Shown piece after piece: positions 12,723 to 22,335 of a DNA stretch of 40,796 bases. The stretch's first letter is position 1, and each line of letters starts with the position of its first letter. The position numbers and the translations under genes are program-made. The notes under the pieces were generated by a model. The model was not told where the DNA came from, searched no databases, and worked only from the letters and a program-made list of their open reading frames with translations. The stretch comes from a virus (Duplodnaviria > Caudoviricetes). The stretch is taken from positions 1-40,796 of IMG/VR virus record IMGVR_UViG_3300025732_000091; one strand, 5' to 3'.

Positions 12723-15700
12723 TTACCTCCGCTCCGACCAAGATGCCTGAGCCGCTTCAATGCGAGCCATCACCTCGTTTGCTAGCGCCTGAACATCCAT
12801 TCCTTGTGAAGCATTGACAGTTACATTGATGCTGTTGTTATTGGTTGTTGCCGTCGGCGTAGAGATTGTTCCACCCATATAGGGCGTTGCCGTATCTCCA
12901 ATTGCACTATCCATGCCGGGTACAACATGGAGGTGACGCTGAGCGCCCGTTCCATGGAACTCGGCGTAACCGCCGCCAGCACGAACGCCCACCTGATACA
13001 GACCGAGGTTCTGCCCAACGAGGTCGTATGCCCGACCCGCAGCATGGTCAGAGTTCATGGAGCCGAGGTTGAAGCCTCGAACACCAGAGGTGATACTACG
13101 ACGCCCAGCAATACCGCCATTAATTCGGTTGTGGACATTCATCATATTGACGAAGTTTCGGCGGGGGGTTGATGTGTCACCCTTGTCGTCAAAAAATCCG
13201 ACGGCACTAGCAAACTTGTCAACGGCTACTGCAAATACGTCGTTTACTGCGGTCTTGAACCCCGTTGCAGCGTCAGACATGGTTTTGCTTGTCGTCTGCT
13301 GAAGATTCAATTTATCCCCAAGGGGACCAAGAACATTAGTGAGTTGGTCACCAACTATCTTATTAAAATCTGCCCCTGCGCCCACATAACCACCGGGCAT
13401 TGTGAGGAATCCTCCCTGAGACGTCTGTTGGAGGATTTGACCAAACTTAGTTGGGTCATTCTGTGCCATTTTAATAAGTTCAGCAGTCAAACTTTCCTTG
13501 CTCATGCCGATATCAAGGTTCAGTTTTGCTGCTTCAGCAATGATATTTTCGGCAGTTAATCCGGCTGCGCCAGCGCCAAGTTGTCCCATGGCGCCACCAA
13601 ACATTGCGGCTCCGCCTCCACCAAAGAAGACATCTGCTAGTCCGTAAAGGTCGCCCTTTTTCCCTCCCTGCATGACCGAGAACTGCCCACCGGGACGCGC
13701 GGCTGTCCCATATTCACGTTGCATATTGAGGTAAGCCTGAATCGGGTCGCCACCAGCCATTAGGAGACTTTGCTGAAAAATATCCTCAAAGAATGCAGCG
13801 CGGTCTTCGTCCGTTACGGTGTTAGCACGTCCCTTCTCTCCAAATGCGCGCCCAGCGGCAGCGTAGATATCCGGTGCTTGAACGAGTTCAAGAGTCTGGC
13901 GAATACTGGATGTAGCCGACGCATAAATATCCGTCATTGCGTACTTGAAATCATCGCCAAAGCGGGCGGTAGCAATACCTGTCGCAGCAAGAATGTCTGA
14001 CAGCGTTAGCATGCTATTTCCGAGGTCAACCTCGGCTGTATTTGCTAGATTTTGAACCTCTTCAGTAGTGAGACCAGAAATTCGTTCCAAATCTTTGAAT
14101 CTAGATATCATTAATGTTGTGGAATCAATGACATTCTTATTTTGTTCGTAAAACTTCTTATTTGCCTCTTTAAGTGCAGTCCCTGACTTCACTTGGTCAT
14201 TAGCCATATTTCTGGCTTCTTTGCCAAAGTCATTCAGAAGTTGACGCGCCGAATCAACATCATTATTAGCAAGCGCCTCTTCCATTACGCCTACATAGTT
14301 ATCAACAAATTGTCCAGCAGCCTTTTTTGCTTGCTTTTTAAACTTCCCATCCTGCATCCATCCTGCGACTCCGCCAATAAGCGCACCAGCAATCGCGCCA
14401 ATAATGACTGAAGTGCCTAGTGTCGGAGCAGCAAGAAGTGCGCCCACGCCCGCTCCTGTTGCCGCGCCAACGGCTGCGCCCGTAGCACCGGCAGCGCCAA
14501 CAGTTGCTGCCCTGTTGCCTCCAGTTGCACGGTATGTAGCACTTCCAACCATGTTTCCTGCTGTGTATGCGCCAACGGCACCAGCCGTCGCAAGGGCAGC
14601 CGGTCCGGCATATGCGCCGAGCATGGGTATTCCTCCAGCACCGCCAATCGCCTTTGTTGCCCCATACCCAATAATTGCGCCGGTAGCAATATCGCCACCA
14701 GTCTCAACCACTGAGCCACGATTATTCGTTAGAGCCTGAGTGCCAAGAGCGCCTATTGCTGTCAATCCGAGAGGACTGGTCGCTACCCCGTACATCTTTT
14801 TCATGCCGGGTCCGATGAACGACCCTCCCTTCGCCATTCGTCCCATTCCGCCCATCAGTAGCGGTAAACCCATGTATCCAGCAAGACCGCCCAAAGGTCC
14901 CAATTTGCTTAGACCACTAATGATTCCGCTGACGATGTTTAGAACCAGAGTAAGGGCATCGGCAATTTTTGTAATAGCCGGAAGGGCAGCGAAGAAAGCG
15001 TCCCTAAATGCGCGTGACAACTCAAAAATAGCGTCTATGAGCCGAACAATTGAATCGCCCCACTTATCAAGGTTGCCTTCATTTTTTTGTACTTGAACAG
15101 CAAACTGCTCAAAGTTTTTCTTCAGCCCGCCCCCAATAGCCTTGAGAATTTTCCCGAAAAACCGATTAATTATCTTGCTTGATTCACTGAGTCCACGGAG
15201 ATAGGCATTAAACCGCTCAAATCCAGAAACAAGCCCATCCCAGAATCCCTTTAACTTTCCGAAGAAATTCTGTGTTGCTGGGACATACTCCCTCATCAAC
15301 TTCACGAGGAATTGCGCTATTTTGTCAATTCCGTTAACTACTTTCCCCAATAGTCCACCATTAGCAAAGTCAGATAGTAATGGCGAGATTTGCGTGAATG
15401 TGCGTATAACTATCGTGCGTATTTTTTCAAAAGCAACTTGAACTGGCGTAATGAATCGTGCACCAAGGTCTGATGCTTCTGTCTGCATTTGTTGCATGAA
15501 CGCTTTAAATTGCCCAATCAGCGTTCCTTGCATAGCGGCAAATGTTCCGCCTATCCCCGCCTTCTTAGCCATATCACCACCAGAAAATGCTTTAAGCACT
15601 TCTTGAGCAGATGCTTTTCCACCCCGTGACACCTCTTTAAAAGCCTTTTCAAACTCAGGACCTAGTTGCTTCGCGGCTTCAGCGACCCCTGCGCCTCCGA

Positions 15701-16412
15701 CACCTCCTTTCTGAATCAGAGAAACAAGGGTTGCTACAGAAGTAACACCTTTTTCAATGTCACCAGTGGCTGCTGCAAAGTCCATCAATCCAGCAATCGC
15801 GCTGGTTGTACCACCGGTCACCCGTGCATTCTTCGATGCTGCTGCAAACGCTGAATTTAGACTCTTCATACTGAGTCCGGCTAGACGGGCATCAGCGGAC
15901 ATCGTGCGTAGGGCAATAGCCGCCCCCTGAAATCCTCCATAGCGACCCGCCTGCTGGGCAGCGATATATTGCTTCTGCGCAGCAGCAACCGTTGCTAGCG
16001 CAATACCAGCGACTGCTGCGGCTTTCGCCAGGCCCGACATGACTACTTGGTATGACTTAACTAAGAATCGTCCGGTTGCCAGCAAGCCATTAACCGACGA
16101 CAGGGCAACGGCTAGCGCAGCAGTTTCAATTGCAGAACCAATCATCGCGAACTTGAGACCAGTTTTAAGAATCTTGGAGAGCGCTCCTGCCTCTCTGCCA
16201 GTTTTCTTTAATTTGCTGGAGGTGCTATCCGACTCTCTGCCGAGGCGTTTTTGGCTCTCAGAGGTCTTATCAATATCACCGCTTAATCCATTAAATGTGT
16301 CATCACATTTGCTTGCCTGAGCGCAGAGGGCAGCAAGTTTGCGCTGGACGCGGTCAATCGCAGAGGTATCGGCTTTGACATCTATTTTAATTACGACGCG
16401 TTCGTCAGCCAT
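12723..16412 (-). CDS. Tape measure protein with C-terminal M15-like peptidase motif, 1229 aa
   Basis: Long A/G-rich helical protein starting MADERVVIKIDVKAD; hydrophobic GxxxG segments; ends INVTVNASQGMDVQALANEV; follows the chaperones. Confidence 0.92.
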   Translation of the reverse strand: MADERVVIKIDVKADTSAIDRVQRKLAALCAQASKCDDTFNGLSGDIDKTSESQKRLGRESDSTSSKLKKTGREAGALSKILKTGLKFAMIGSAIETAALAVALSSVNGLLATGRFLVKSYQVVMSGLAKAAAVAGIALATVAAAQKQYIAAQQAGRYGGFQGAAIALRTMSADARLAGLSMKSLNSAFAAASKNARVTGGTTSAIAGLMDFAAATGDIEKGVTSVATLVSLIQKGGVGGAGVAEAAKQLGPEFEKAFKEVSRGGKASAQEVLKAFSGGDMAKKAGIGGTFAAMQGTLIGQFKAFMQQMQTEASDLGARFITPVQVAFEKIRTIVIRTFTQISPLLSDFANGGLLGKVVNGIDKIAQFLVKLMREYVPATQNFFGKLKGFWDGLVSGFERFNAYLRGLSESSKIINRFFGKILKAIGGGLKKNFEQFAVQVQKNEGNLDKWGDSIVRLIDAIFELSRAFRDAFFAALPAITKIADALTLVLNIVSGIISGLSKLGPLGGLAGYMGLPLLMGGMGRMAKGGSFIGPGMKKMYGVATSPLGLTAIGALGTQALTNNRGSVVETGGDIATGAIIGYGATKAIGGAGGIPMLGAYAGPAALATAGAVGAYTAGNMVGSATYRATGGNRAATVGAAGATGAAVGAATGAGVGALLAAPTLGTSVIIGAIAGALIGGVAGWMQDGKFKKQAKKAAGQFVDNYVGVMEEALANNDVDSARQLLNDFGKEARNMANDQVKSGTALKEANKKFYEQNKNVIDSTTLMISRFKDLERISGLTTEEVQNLANTAEVDLGNSMLTLSDILAATGIATARFGDDFKYAMTDIYASATSSIRQTLELVQAPDIYAAAGRAFGEKGRANTVTDEDRAAFFEDIFQQSLLMAGGDPIQAYLNMQREYGTAARPGGQFSVMQGGKKGDLYGLADVFFGGGGAAMFGGAMGQLGAGAAGLTAENIIAEAAKLNLDIGMSKESLTAELIKMAQNDPTKFGQILQQTSQGGFLTMPGGYVGAGADFNKIVGDQLTNVLGPLGDKLNLQQTTSKTMSDAATGFKTAVNDVFAVAVDKFASAVGFFDDKGDTSTPRRNFVNMMNVHNRINGGIAGRRSITSGVRGFNLGSMNSDHAAGRAYDLVGQNLGLYQVGVRAGGGYAEFHGTGAQRHLHVVPGMDSAIGDTATPYMGGTISTPTATTNNNSINVTVNASQGMDVQALANEVMARIEAAQASWSERR

Positions 16413-16441
16413 GTCAAGCCTCTGCTAGATGGACAAGAGCG

Positions 16442-16642
16442 TTATTTTTGCTGTGCTTTCATTTTACGCTCTTGTTCGGCGCGGTCAGCCTCAATAATCT
16501 TTGCGCACGCGTATCTGATTAACCATTCTTCTTCAGAACAGTCAAGTAATTTGATGGGGTCAGTTCCCCATAGTTCGCCCAGACGGGCGGCTGTCTGGAT
16601 GCGTCCGTCGGACTGAAGTTCTTCTAGGACGCCTTCGTAGGG
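16442..16642 (-). CDS. Tail assembly chaperone C-terminal extension (gpGT-like), reached by -1 frameshift
   Basis: Open -1 frame YEGVLEELQSDGRIQTAARLGELWGTDPIKLLDCSEEEWLIRYACAKIIEADRAEQERKMKAQQK*; no suitable ATG/GTG start; overlaps the chaperone end. Confidence 0.8.
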   Translation of the reverse strand, partial: PYEGVLEELQSDGRIQTAARLGELWGTDPIKLLDCSEEEWLIRYACAKIIEADRAEQERKMKAQQK

Positions 16643-17148
16643 TCCACGGTTTCAACCGTGTCCGAGTATCCAGCGGCTTCAAGAACAGCAAGCGCAGCGC
16701 TTTCCACATGCGGGTCAATGCCGAAGAAAGCGCGCACACAGTCAGGAATCGGGCGAGTCGTGTCAGTCATCTGAAGGATTGCATCAGAGGCAAAAGTCAA
16801 GCCAATTCCATCCTCATTGACCACCTGTTCGTTATTAACGAAGATTCCGGTGCATGTATGCCCAATAACGGCACAGGCGAACTTGGTGGCATCTAGACCG
16901 TTCTTGGTGTCTTCTCCGGCATTCTTTCGCCATGCACGCAACTGATGCTGGGTGATATTGGGAGAAACCTGAATTGTCACACCCGGACGCTCGGGGATTT
17001 CAATAAAAACAGGCTCGCGCTCAACCTTCTTGGAAAGCACGGCTTTCAACTGGTCAAGCACCGAGGGGGCTTTTTCGTCCTTGATGCCTGCCTTCTTGGG
17101 GGCAGGTTCAGACGGGGTTTCAAACATGGAGTCGCTCATGAACGGCAC
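16624..17148 (-). CDS. Tail assembly chaperone (gpG-like), up to 174 aa
   Basis: Located between tube and tape measure; ends VDPTKAS. Confidence 0.8.
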   Translation of the reverse strand: MPFMSDSMFETPSEPAPKKAGIKDEKAPSVLDQLKAVLSKKVEREPVFIEIPERPGVTIQVSPNITQHQLRAWRKNAGEDTKNGLDATKFACAVIGHTCTGIFVNNEQVVNEDGIGLTFASDAILQMTDTTRPIPDCVRAFFGIDPHVESAALAVLEAAGYSDTVETVDPTKAS

Positions 17149-17160
17149 GCTAGCATGACA

Positions 17161-17186
17161 ATAGGGGCACCTAGCGGTACCCCTAT
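17161..17186 (-). terminator. Hairpin after tail tube gene, probable intrinsic terminator
   Basis: Minus strand ATAGGGGTACC-GCTA-GGTGCCCCTAT then TGTC; 11-bp stem with one G:U. Confidence 0.6.
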
Positions 17187-17213
17187 AGCCAATTTCTTAA
17201 GTTGTTTGAGGTA

Positions 17214-17672
17214 TTACTTAACGGACTGAATGCTGAAGGTAAGCGAGTAGGTTGCCGGAGCACCAGAAGCCGCGTCACCTTCCGGCTCAGTCACACCGAC
17301 AAGGAGAGCCTTGGCGTAGGTGCGCTGGAGTTCCGGAACAGCCACATTGCAGTTCAACTCATCGACCTGAATGTCGTAGTACGCACGACCGACCATCTGA
17401 CGAATCGCTCCAAGGAACGAGGCATCAATATCGGGGGCGTAGTGACGGGTCAGGGTGATGTCGCCGATTTCAGCAGGAGCGCAGAGAACCTCGGGGAACA
17501 ACTTTCCACCGATGTAAATCTTTTCCACCGAAGCGGTGATTTCGCCACCAGTCACCTGAGCAAAGTACGCCAGACCCATGTCGGTTCCCACCGTCGGGGG
17601 CGTCTCAGCATTGCCCTCAGCCGAAGGCTTGATGGAGGCGACAATCTGACGCTGTGCAATTTTACCGGTCAT
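17214..17672 (-). CDS. Tail tube protein (T4 gp19-like), 152 aa
   Basis: FAQVTGGEITAS...EIGDITLTRHY...ATYSLTFSI; follows the sheath. Confidence 0.85.
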   Translation of the reverse strand: MTGKIAQRQIVASIKPSAEGNAETPPTVGTDMGLAYFAQVTGGEITASVEKIYIGGKLFPEVLCAPAEIGDITLTRHYAPDIDASFLGAIRQMVGRAYYDIQVDELNCNVAVPELQRTYAKALLVGVTEPEGDAASGAPATYSLTFSIQSVK

Positions 17673-17684
17673 TACTACTCCTTA

Positions 17685-19145
17685 TCAGACGACTGATGCG
17701 GTGAGATTCGACTTGGTGACATCGACCTGAATCTGGTCACCAATTGCGGACACTCGCACGCCGACCTTGGCCTTCACGAGACCTCCAGCCAACTGCGAGA
17801 CGGGGTTGATGGCGTCGTTCACGACAACGGAGTAGCCGTAGTCAATCCGCTTGCCATTGGCATCAAACGCTTCGTACAGACCGCCAGCGATTCGCACCGG
17901 CTCCAGCATCGCAATGAGGCGACCCTTGACCTGCGTGAAGAGGGCGTTGCGTCCGTCAATCGGCGAGAAGACGAGGTCTTCCAACTGAGCCTGCGCCTGA
18001 ACGGTGATGTAGTTCAGCATCTCACGGCTGTTGAGGAATCGGAAGTTATCCTCATCCGACGACAGCGAGCGAGCGCCGTACACACGAACAGCGTTGTTGA
18101 AGATTCGCAGAGCGTTACACCGAGACTCATCAAGGGTATTGCCAATCGCTCGGGTAACCGTCTGCGCCAGACCGGTGATGAAGTTCGATTCCGAAACCGC
18201 ACCAGCATACGCAGACCAAGGTCCAATGCGATTGAAGGCAAGCGACCGCTTAGCGGCGACATAGCCCTCTGGCGAAATGGTCAGCGAAGTGCCATCCTCA
18301 AGGTTCATCGTCACCCACGGGAAGAACAATCCGCCGTACTCCGCATAATCAACCGAGGCGAGGTATTCCGAGTGGTCGCCCGCGTCAGTCTCGTCAAAGT
18401 CGCTAGGCGTCGAAAGGATTGCCATGCGATGGTTTGCGTAGCAGTGGGCAAGAACAGCCTCATGCGTTGCCTCAACATTGCCCGCAGTCACGAATCCCGG
18501 AAGCGAAATAGCACCCGCACCAAGTTCGTAGCCGAATGCGTCCATCGCATCAAGCCAATCTTGGTCAACGATGGACGCGCGGTTGTCATCACCGGCGCTG
18601 AACGAAGCGGGCGACGACACGACAGCGATAGTTCCGGTTCCAGCGGTAGCGGTGATGTACTTGCCAGCAAGTGCCGACGAGTTAATCTTGTTCGCCATCT
18701 GGGCAACCGAGGTGCACTCGCCGGTCTTATAAACAAATTCACCGTTGAGGTACAACTTGAGAACATGACCCGAGCCAAGCGTCGTCACGGTTACCGAGAG
18801 GTTGGACGACCAACTGCCCGGACCAGCGGCGACGAGCGTAATTGCCGTACCAGCGGCGTCGTTATCAAGAACCTTGACGCCAGCAGTAGCAGATGCTCCA
18901 ACGACTCGCGAAACATAGACCTCAGCGCCACCCTCCTCGAAGAAGGTCTGCACCTGCTCGTACACATCGCCATACGAGGTGTAATCGCCAAAGACAGACT
19001 CATAGTCAGCGATGCTGGTGACTTTCTTGGGGTCAGCAGCCGGACCACGTTCGGTGAGACCAACAACAAACCATGTCGCCGTGGGCGAAACATTCGTAGT
19101 TGACGGTCCGGTGCGAACAGATGTATTTACGACAATACCGGGCAT
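17685..19145 (-). CDS. Contractile tail sheath protein, 486 aa
   Basis: MPGIVV start; FVVGLTERGP; FFEEGGAEVYVSRV; VRVYGARSLS..NFRFLNSRE; LEDLVFSPID. Confidence 0.95.
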   Translation of the reverse strand: MPGIVVNTSVRTGPSTTNVSPTATWFVVGLTERGPAADPKKVTSIADYESVFGDYTSYGDVYEQVQTFFEEGGAEVYVSRVVGASATAGVKVLDNDAAGTAITLVAAGPGSWSSNLSVTVTTLGSGHVLKLYLNGEFVYKTGECTSVAQMANKINSSALAGKYITATAGTGTIAVVSSPASFSAGDDNRASIVDQDWLDAMDAFGYELGAGAISLPGFVTAGNVEATHEAVLAHCYANHRMAILSTPSDFDETDAGDHSEYLASVDYAEYGGLFFPWVTMNLEDGTSLTISPEGYVAAKRSLAFNRIGPWSAYAGAVSESNFITGLAQTVTRAIGNTLDESRCNALRIFNNAVRVYGARSLSSDEDNFRFLNSREMLNYITVQAQAQLEDLVFSPIDGRNALFTQVKGRLIAMLEPVRIAGGLYEAFDANGKRIDYGYSVVVNDAINPVSQLAGGLVKAKVGVRVSAIGDQIQVDVTKSNLTASVV

Positions 19146-19194
19146 TTGCCTTCCTCCGGAGTAGAAGCGATTCGCTCAGTTCATTACTTTCAAG

Positions 19195-19203
19195 ATTATA
19201 CCG
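19195..19203 (-). promoter_or_regulatory. -10 element upstream of sheath/tube
   Basis: Minus strand CGG-TATAAT in the intergenic gap; GGAGG RBS before the sheath ATG; no canonical -35 at 17 bp. Confidence 0.55.
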
Positions 19204-19286
19204 TGTTTATACGCCTAATCTTGTAAGCCGTTACTGAACTCGCTAACTATTGTGACTGAATGCTACTTAGTTCTAGTGGAACAGTT

Positions 19287-19886
19287 CTAGATATCGTCGG
19301 CATCTTCGTCAATTGCTACGCGAAGCACTTCTACCTCATAGGTAGATGTATCAGACAGAGGCTTGACTCGTGAAACTTCATTGACGGTCAACGTATATGC
19401 GATATAGGCGCCAGCCATAACTCTTTCGCCCTTAATGAGGGTTAGGTCTGAGTATTCCTCACGGATTGACGACTCGTCAATAAATACCTCAAGGTTATCC
19501 TCATCGCCACATCGGTTAAGACTTGGCGCGTCAAGAAATGCTGACCGAAGCACAGTTACGAGCCTGTCCCTCTTGATGGTGCACAACTCGGCGTTGTCAT
19601 CTTTTACCCAGACATAGGTACGCATGGCGTAATCAACGCGAAACTGAGGGTCAAAAAGATGAGTGTAATCAGAACGAGTCAAACCATTCATTGAAATCGC
19701 TGCGGTAATCAATGTCGGCCAATGGTCAATCGCAATAGGCTCGTGGACCATATACTTCAGGGGTTCCGGAAGTTCCTCGTCGTCAAGATTCCACTCATTA
19801 CGGTAGGTAATCAGGCGCGACGGAAGGTCGCTCTCTAGATAACTATTGACAAAGTATTTTGCCTTATGAGCACCTTGCATTGTCAT
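19287..19886 (-). CDS. Probable tail terminator / tail completion protein, 199 aa
   Basis: Position between neck genes and sheath; alpha/beta pattern. The assignment rests mainly on synteny. Confidence 0.55.
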   Translation of the reverse strand: MTMQGAHKAKYFVNSYLESDLPSRLITYRNEWNLDDEELPEPLKYMVHEPIAIDHWPTLITAAISMNGLTRSDYTHLFDPQFRVDYAMRTYVWVKDDNAELCTIKRDRLVTVLRSAFLDAPSLNRCGDEDNLEVFIDESSIREEYSDLTLIKGERVMAGAYIAYTLTVNEVSRVKPLSDTSTYEVEVLRVAIDEDADDI

Positions 19887-20317
19887 GGGACCCTCGCATT
19901 CGCCACATAGGAAGCCGCTTTTTCAGCCAAATCTCTAGCGAATCCTCTCGGCTCAAAGACTATCTTTCTTTTTGGCATTTTAGTGGTTCCATATTGATGG
20001 AACTTTGCATATTCAACGCTTGTTCCAAATTGCGCATTTGTATTGTCAATATTGTTTGGCGGACCAAATAGACTCAACAAAGAATCCATTAATTTGCCAG
20101 TCCTAATCATGAGAGGCCACGGATAGGGGCGAGTTCTTGGTTCCCACTTACTTCCGGTGGGTAAGCCTCCAGCCCCAAAGTTTTCAGCATTTGCCCTCTG
20201 GAGTTCTAGGCGCGCATACCAAAACAGCGGTTTAAAGTTGGTTGCGCGTAACTTCATTCCCTCAAGGCGCCGAATGACGTCATCGGCGTCGCAATCAATA
20301 TCTATTTTTACTTTCAC
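19883..20317 (-). CDS. Virion morphogenesis / neck protein (Mu gpG, P2 gpS-like), 144 aa
   Basis: LMIRTGKLMDSL and GTSVEYAKFHQYGTTKMPKR motifs. Confidence 0.85.
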   Translation of the reverse strand: MKVKIDIDCDADDVIRRLEGMKLRATNFKPLFWYARLELQRANAENFGAGGLPTGSKWEPRTRPYPWPLMIRTGKLMDSLLSLFGPPNNIDNTNAQFGTSVEYAKFHQYGTTKMPKRKIVFEPRGFARDLAEKAASYVANARVP

Positions 20318-20943
20318 GCCACCCGAACCCTACGCCAACGACGAACCGAGGCAAGTTCCTCAGGTGTAAATCCGGTTGTGAGCGGTGCGGTATTCCTTGT
20401 CTCCAAGTCCTTAATTCCAACGACATCGTCGTGCATATTCTGCATTTCCCTTGATGCCGCTCGCAGAATCATCAACTTAAAGTGCTTAATTTGTTCACCA
20501 TCAAGACCGGCATCATAGACGACCTCAATATTGTCATTAGCAAAAGTTCTGTAGACATCTATGCCGTATCTCCGCACAATGTAATCAGTGCCATCGACCA
20601 ATACTTCGGGAACGCTTCCGGGCGTCGGCGCAGTCACAGTTACTGATGCGACCGAGACAACGGGCGAGTTGCGGACATACACCGTGTAGGGGGGCTGAAG
20701 ATACGTCTGGACTCGCTGGTCCGTTCCAAGAGAGGTGTCATAAAAGAATGATGATGTGGGAAGTCCAACATTGGACGATTCAACCCTATAGTTCTCAGTG
20801 AAAGTACCTACTTCAACTGGTCTACGCAGGTAGGACTCAAGTTCGCTCTGGAGACCCTCAAGGATATATCCAGCAGCATGATTCTGGCGCGGGGATAACT
20901 TGACATCCATGTAGCGCTCAATTTCGGTGATATTGACGAGCAT
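20314..20943 (-). CDS. Head-tail connector/adaptor protein, about 209 aa
   Basis: LESYLRR, SPVVSVASVTV, NIEVVYDAG, and GFTPEELASVRRWRR patterns; start moved to ATG 20943 (AGGAAAGG upstream). Confidence 0.75.
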   Translation of the reverse strand: MLVNITEIERYMDVKLSPRQNHAAGYILEGLQSELESYLRRPVEVGTFTENYRVESSNVGLPTSSFFYDTSLGTDQRVQTYLQPPYTVYVRNSPVVSVASVTVTAPTPGSVPEVLVDGTDYIVRRYGIDVYRTFANDNIEVVYDAGLDGEQIKHFKLMILRAASREMQNMHDDVVGIKDLETRNTAPLTTGFTPEELASVRRWRRVRVA

Positions 20944-20999
20944 AAATGCGCCTTTCCTCACCGATAGTTTACTATCAGAAGTGTTCTCCTAAGAGAAGG

Positions 21000-22073
21000 C
21001 TATAGATAGGATGAAATAACCTCATCCCATCTTTTAGCCATTACTGACACATCCAGTTCTTTGACCTGCTTCCGGATTCGCGCCGCCTCAGGTGTTCGCG
21101 CTGTGTAATCCTTAAGTTCCATAAGATGGTCAATCCACTCATCCTTGGTAGATGCGAGCCTCCCGATTCCATACTGGTCATGAAGTCGTCGATATTCACC
21201 AACGTCAGACATCACTACCGGAATCCCCGCAGACGCATATTCAATAGCCTTAATCCATGACTTAGCGTGGTTAAAGGGGATATCATTGAGTGGCGCTACG
21301 CCAATATCAAATTCAAATGAAAGTCGGGCATAGTCCTTAGGGTGGAACATTGGACTGAGAGTGACACCCTCTCGCCGCACCCCAACTTTGTCGGCAAAAT
21401 GAACCGCCCCATTAACATGCCCAGAGTGATGAAGCCTCCACGGTCCAGCACCGAGCACCCCATCAAGAAGTTCTAAGTCGCCAGAGCGGTGCGAAGTAGA
21501 CCCCACCCAGCCAACCTTTGCCCTGCGTGAACGGTGATACCGGACTCGAAAGTCAATCATTGTTACGCAGTTCTCAATAATATCAACGCGCTGACAGTCA
21601 AATTCCTGTTCAAATTTGTTCTTGAGGAATGGCGTACTAACCGTTACGCCGTCAGATGCTTCAATAATTTTTTTGTAGTGGTCAATATTCTCGTCTTTAT
21701 TGAAGTCAGGGTGTGTCAACTTGTATGCGTGGTTGTCTTCGTGAAGACCCCAGTACCAGTCGTCAATATCATTGATGATGACCTGACCATATTTATGCCT
21801 ATCGTCAAGTTTCTCAACAAGATTCTTGAACATCAGTCGCTGTAAAATAATGACTTTACAGTCATAGTGCGCTTTTTTGTTCCAATCCAGAATTCCAAAA
21901 CCCTTGGTCGGACTATGAACAAGCAGACCAGAGACGGTCACATACTTCATATGACGACGGTTTTGTTGAAGGCGTACCCAATTTGCGCCTCCAGGAACCG
22001 GATGACCAGCATTGTCAACCATAGAGCGCGACCAATCGGTCGACGCAATACCAATTTTCAAGACTCTTCCCAT
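21000..22073 (-). CDS. GT-B fold glycosyltransferase (GT4-like), 357 aa
   Basis: IINDIDD, DGVTVSTPFL, VGWVGSTSHRSGDL, FDIGVAPL...FNHAKSWIKAIEYASAGIPVVMSD. Confidence 0.9.
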   Translation of the reverse strand: MGRVLKIGIASTDWSRSMVDNAGHPVPGGANWVRLQQNRRHMKYVTVSGLLVHSPTKGFGILDWNKKAHYDCKVIILQRLMFKNLVEKLDDRHKYGQVIINDIDDWYWGLHEDNHAYKLTHPDFNKDENIDHYKKIIEASDGVTVSTPFLKNKFEQEFDCQRVDIIENCVTMIDFRVRYHRSRRAKVGWVGSTSHRSGDLELLDGVLGAGPWRLHHSGHVNGAVHFADKVGVRREGVTLSPMFHPKDYARLSFEFDIGVAPLNDIPFNHAKSWIKAIEYASAGIPVVMSDVGEYRRLHDQYGIGRLASTKDEWIDHLMELKDYTARTPEAARIRKQVKELDVSVMAKRWDEVISSYL

Positions 22074-22104
22074 TAGTAGCCCCTTAGTGAGCGCTTAGCG
22101 CCCA

Positions 22105-22113
22105 ACAATAGCA
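22105..22113 (-). promoter_or_regulatory. Extended -10 upstream of the glycosyltransferase
   Basis: Minus strand TG-C-TATTGT in the intergenic gap; AAGGGG RBS downstream. Confidence 0.4.
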
Positions 22114-22124
22114 GAAGGTTTTGA

Positions 22125-22313
22125 TTAAGCGAGGCGCCCTCGGCGGAATCGGTCCGGAAGGAGGTCTCGTCCTGCTCCCTCGGGGTTCCCTGCGCCTCCC
22201 AGACGACGGTTCATGCCACGAAGGACAAATGCCAGAGCGCGACGCCACCACGCCGGACGGCGACCTTCTCTAACACCAGGTTCAATGTCGGGGTTGACTG
22301 TGGGAACGGGCAT
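22125..22313 (-). CDS. Small Arg-rich hypothetical protein, 62 aa
   Basis: Fills the gap between IbrB and the glycosyltransferase; GGAG RBS and TG-G-TAAAGT upstream. Confidence 0.7.
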   Translation of the reverse strand: MPVPTVNPDIEPGVREGRRPAWWRRALAFVLRGMNRRLGGAGNPEGAGRDLLPDRFRRGRLA

Positions 22314-22335
22314 ACGTACTCCAATCCTCCAACCA

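Noticed and set aside
17202-19103. Long antisense ORFs opposite tube and sheath (164 and 243 aa)
   Set aside because: Expected from the biased codon usage of the structural genes; no protein-like motifs
11922-19145. Tail cluster as a bacterial extracellular contractile injection system or tailocin
   Set aside because: Terminase, portal, protease and head-tail connector genes are present, so it is a phage tail
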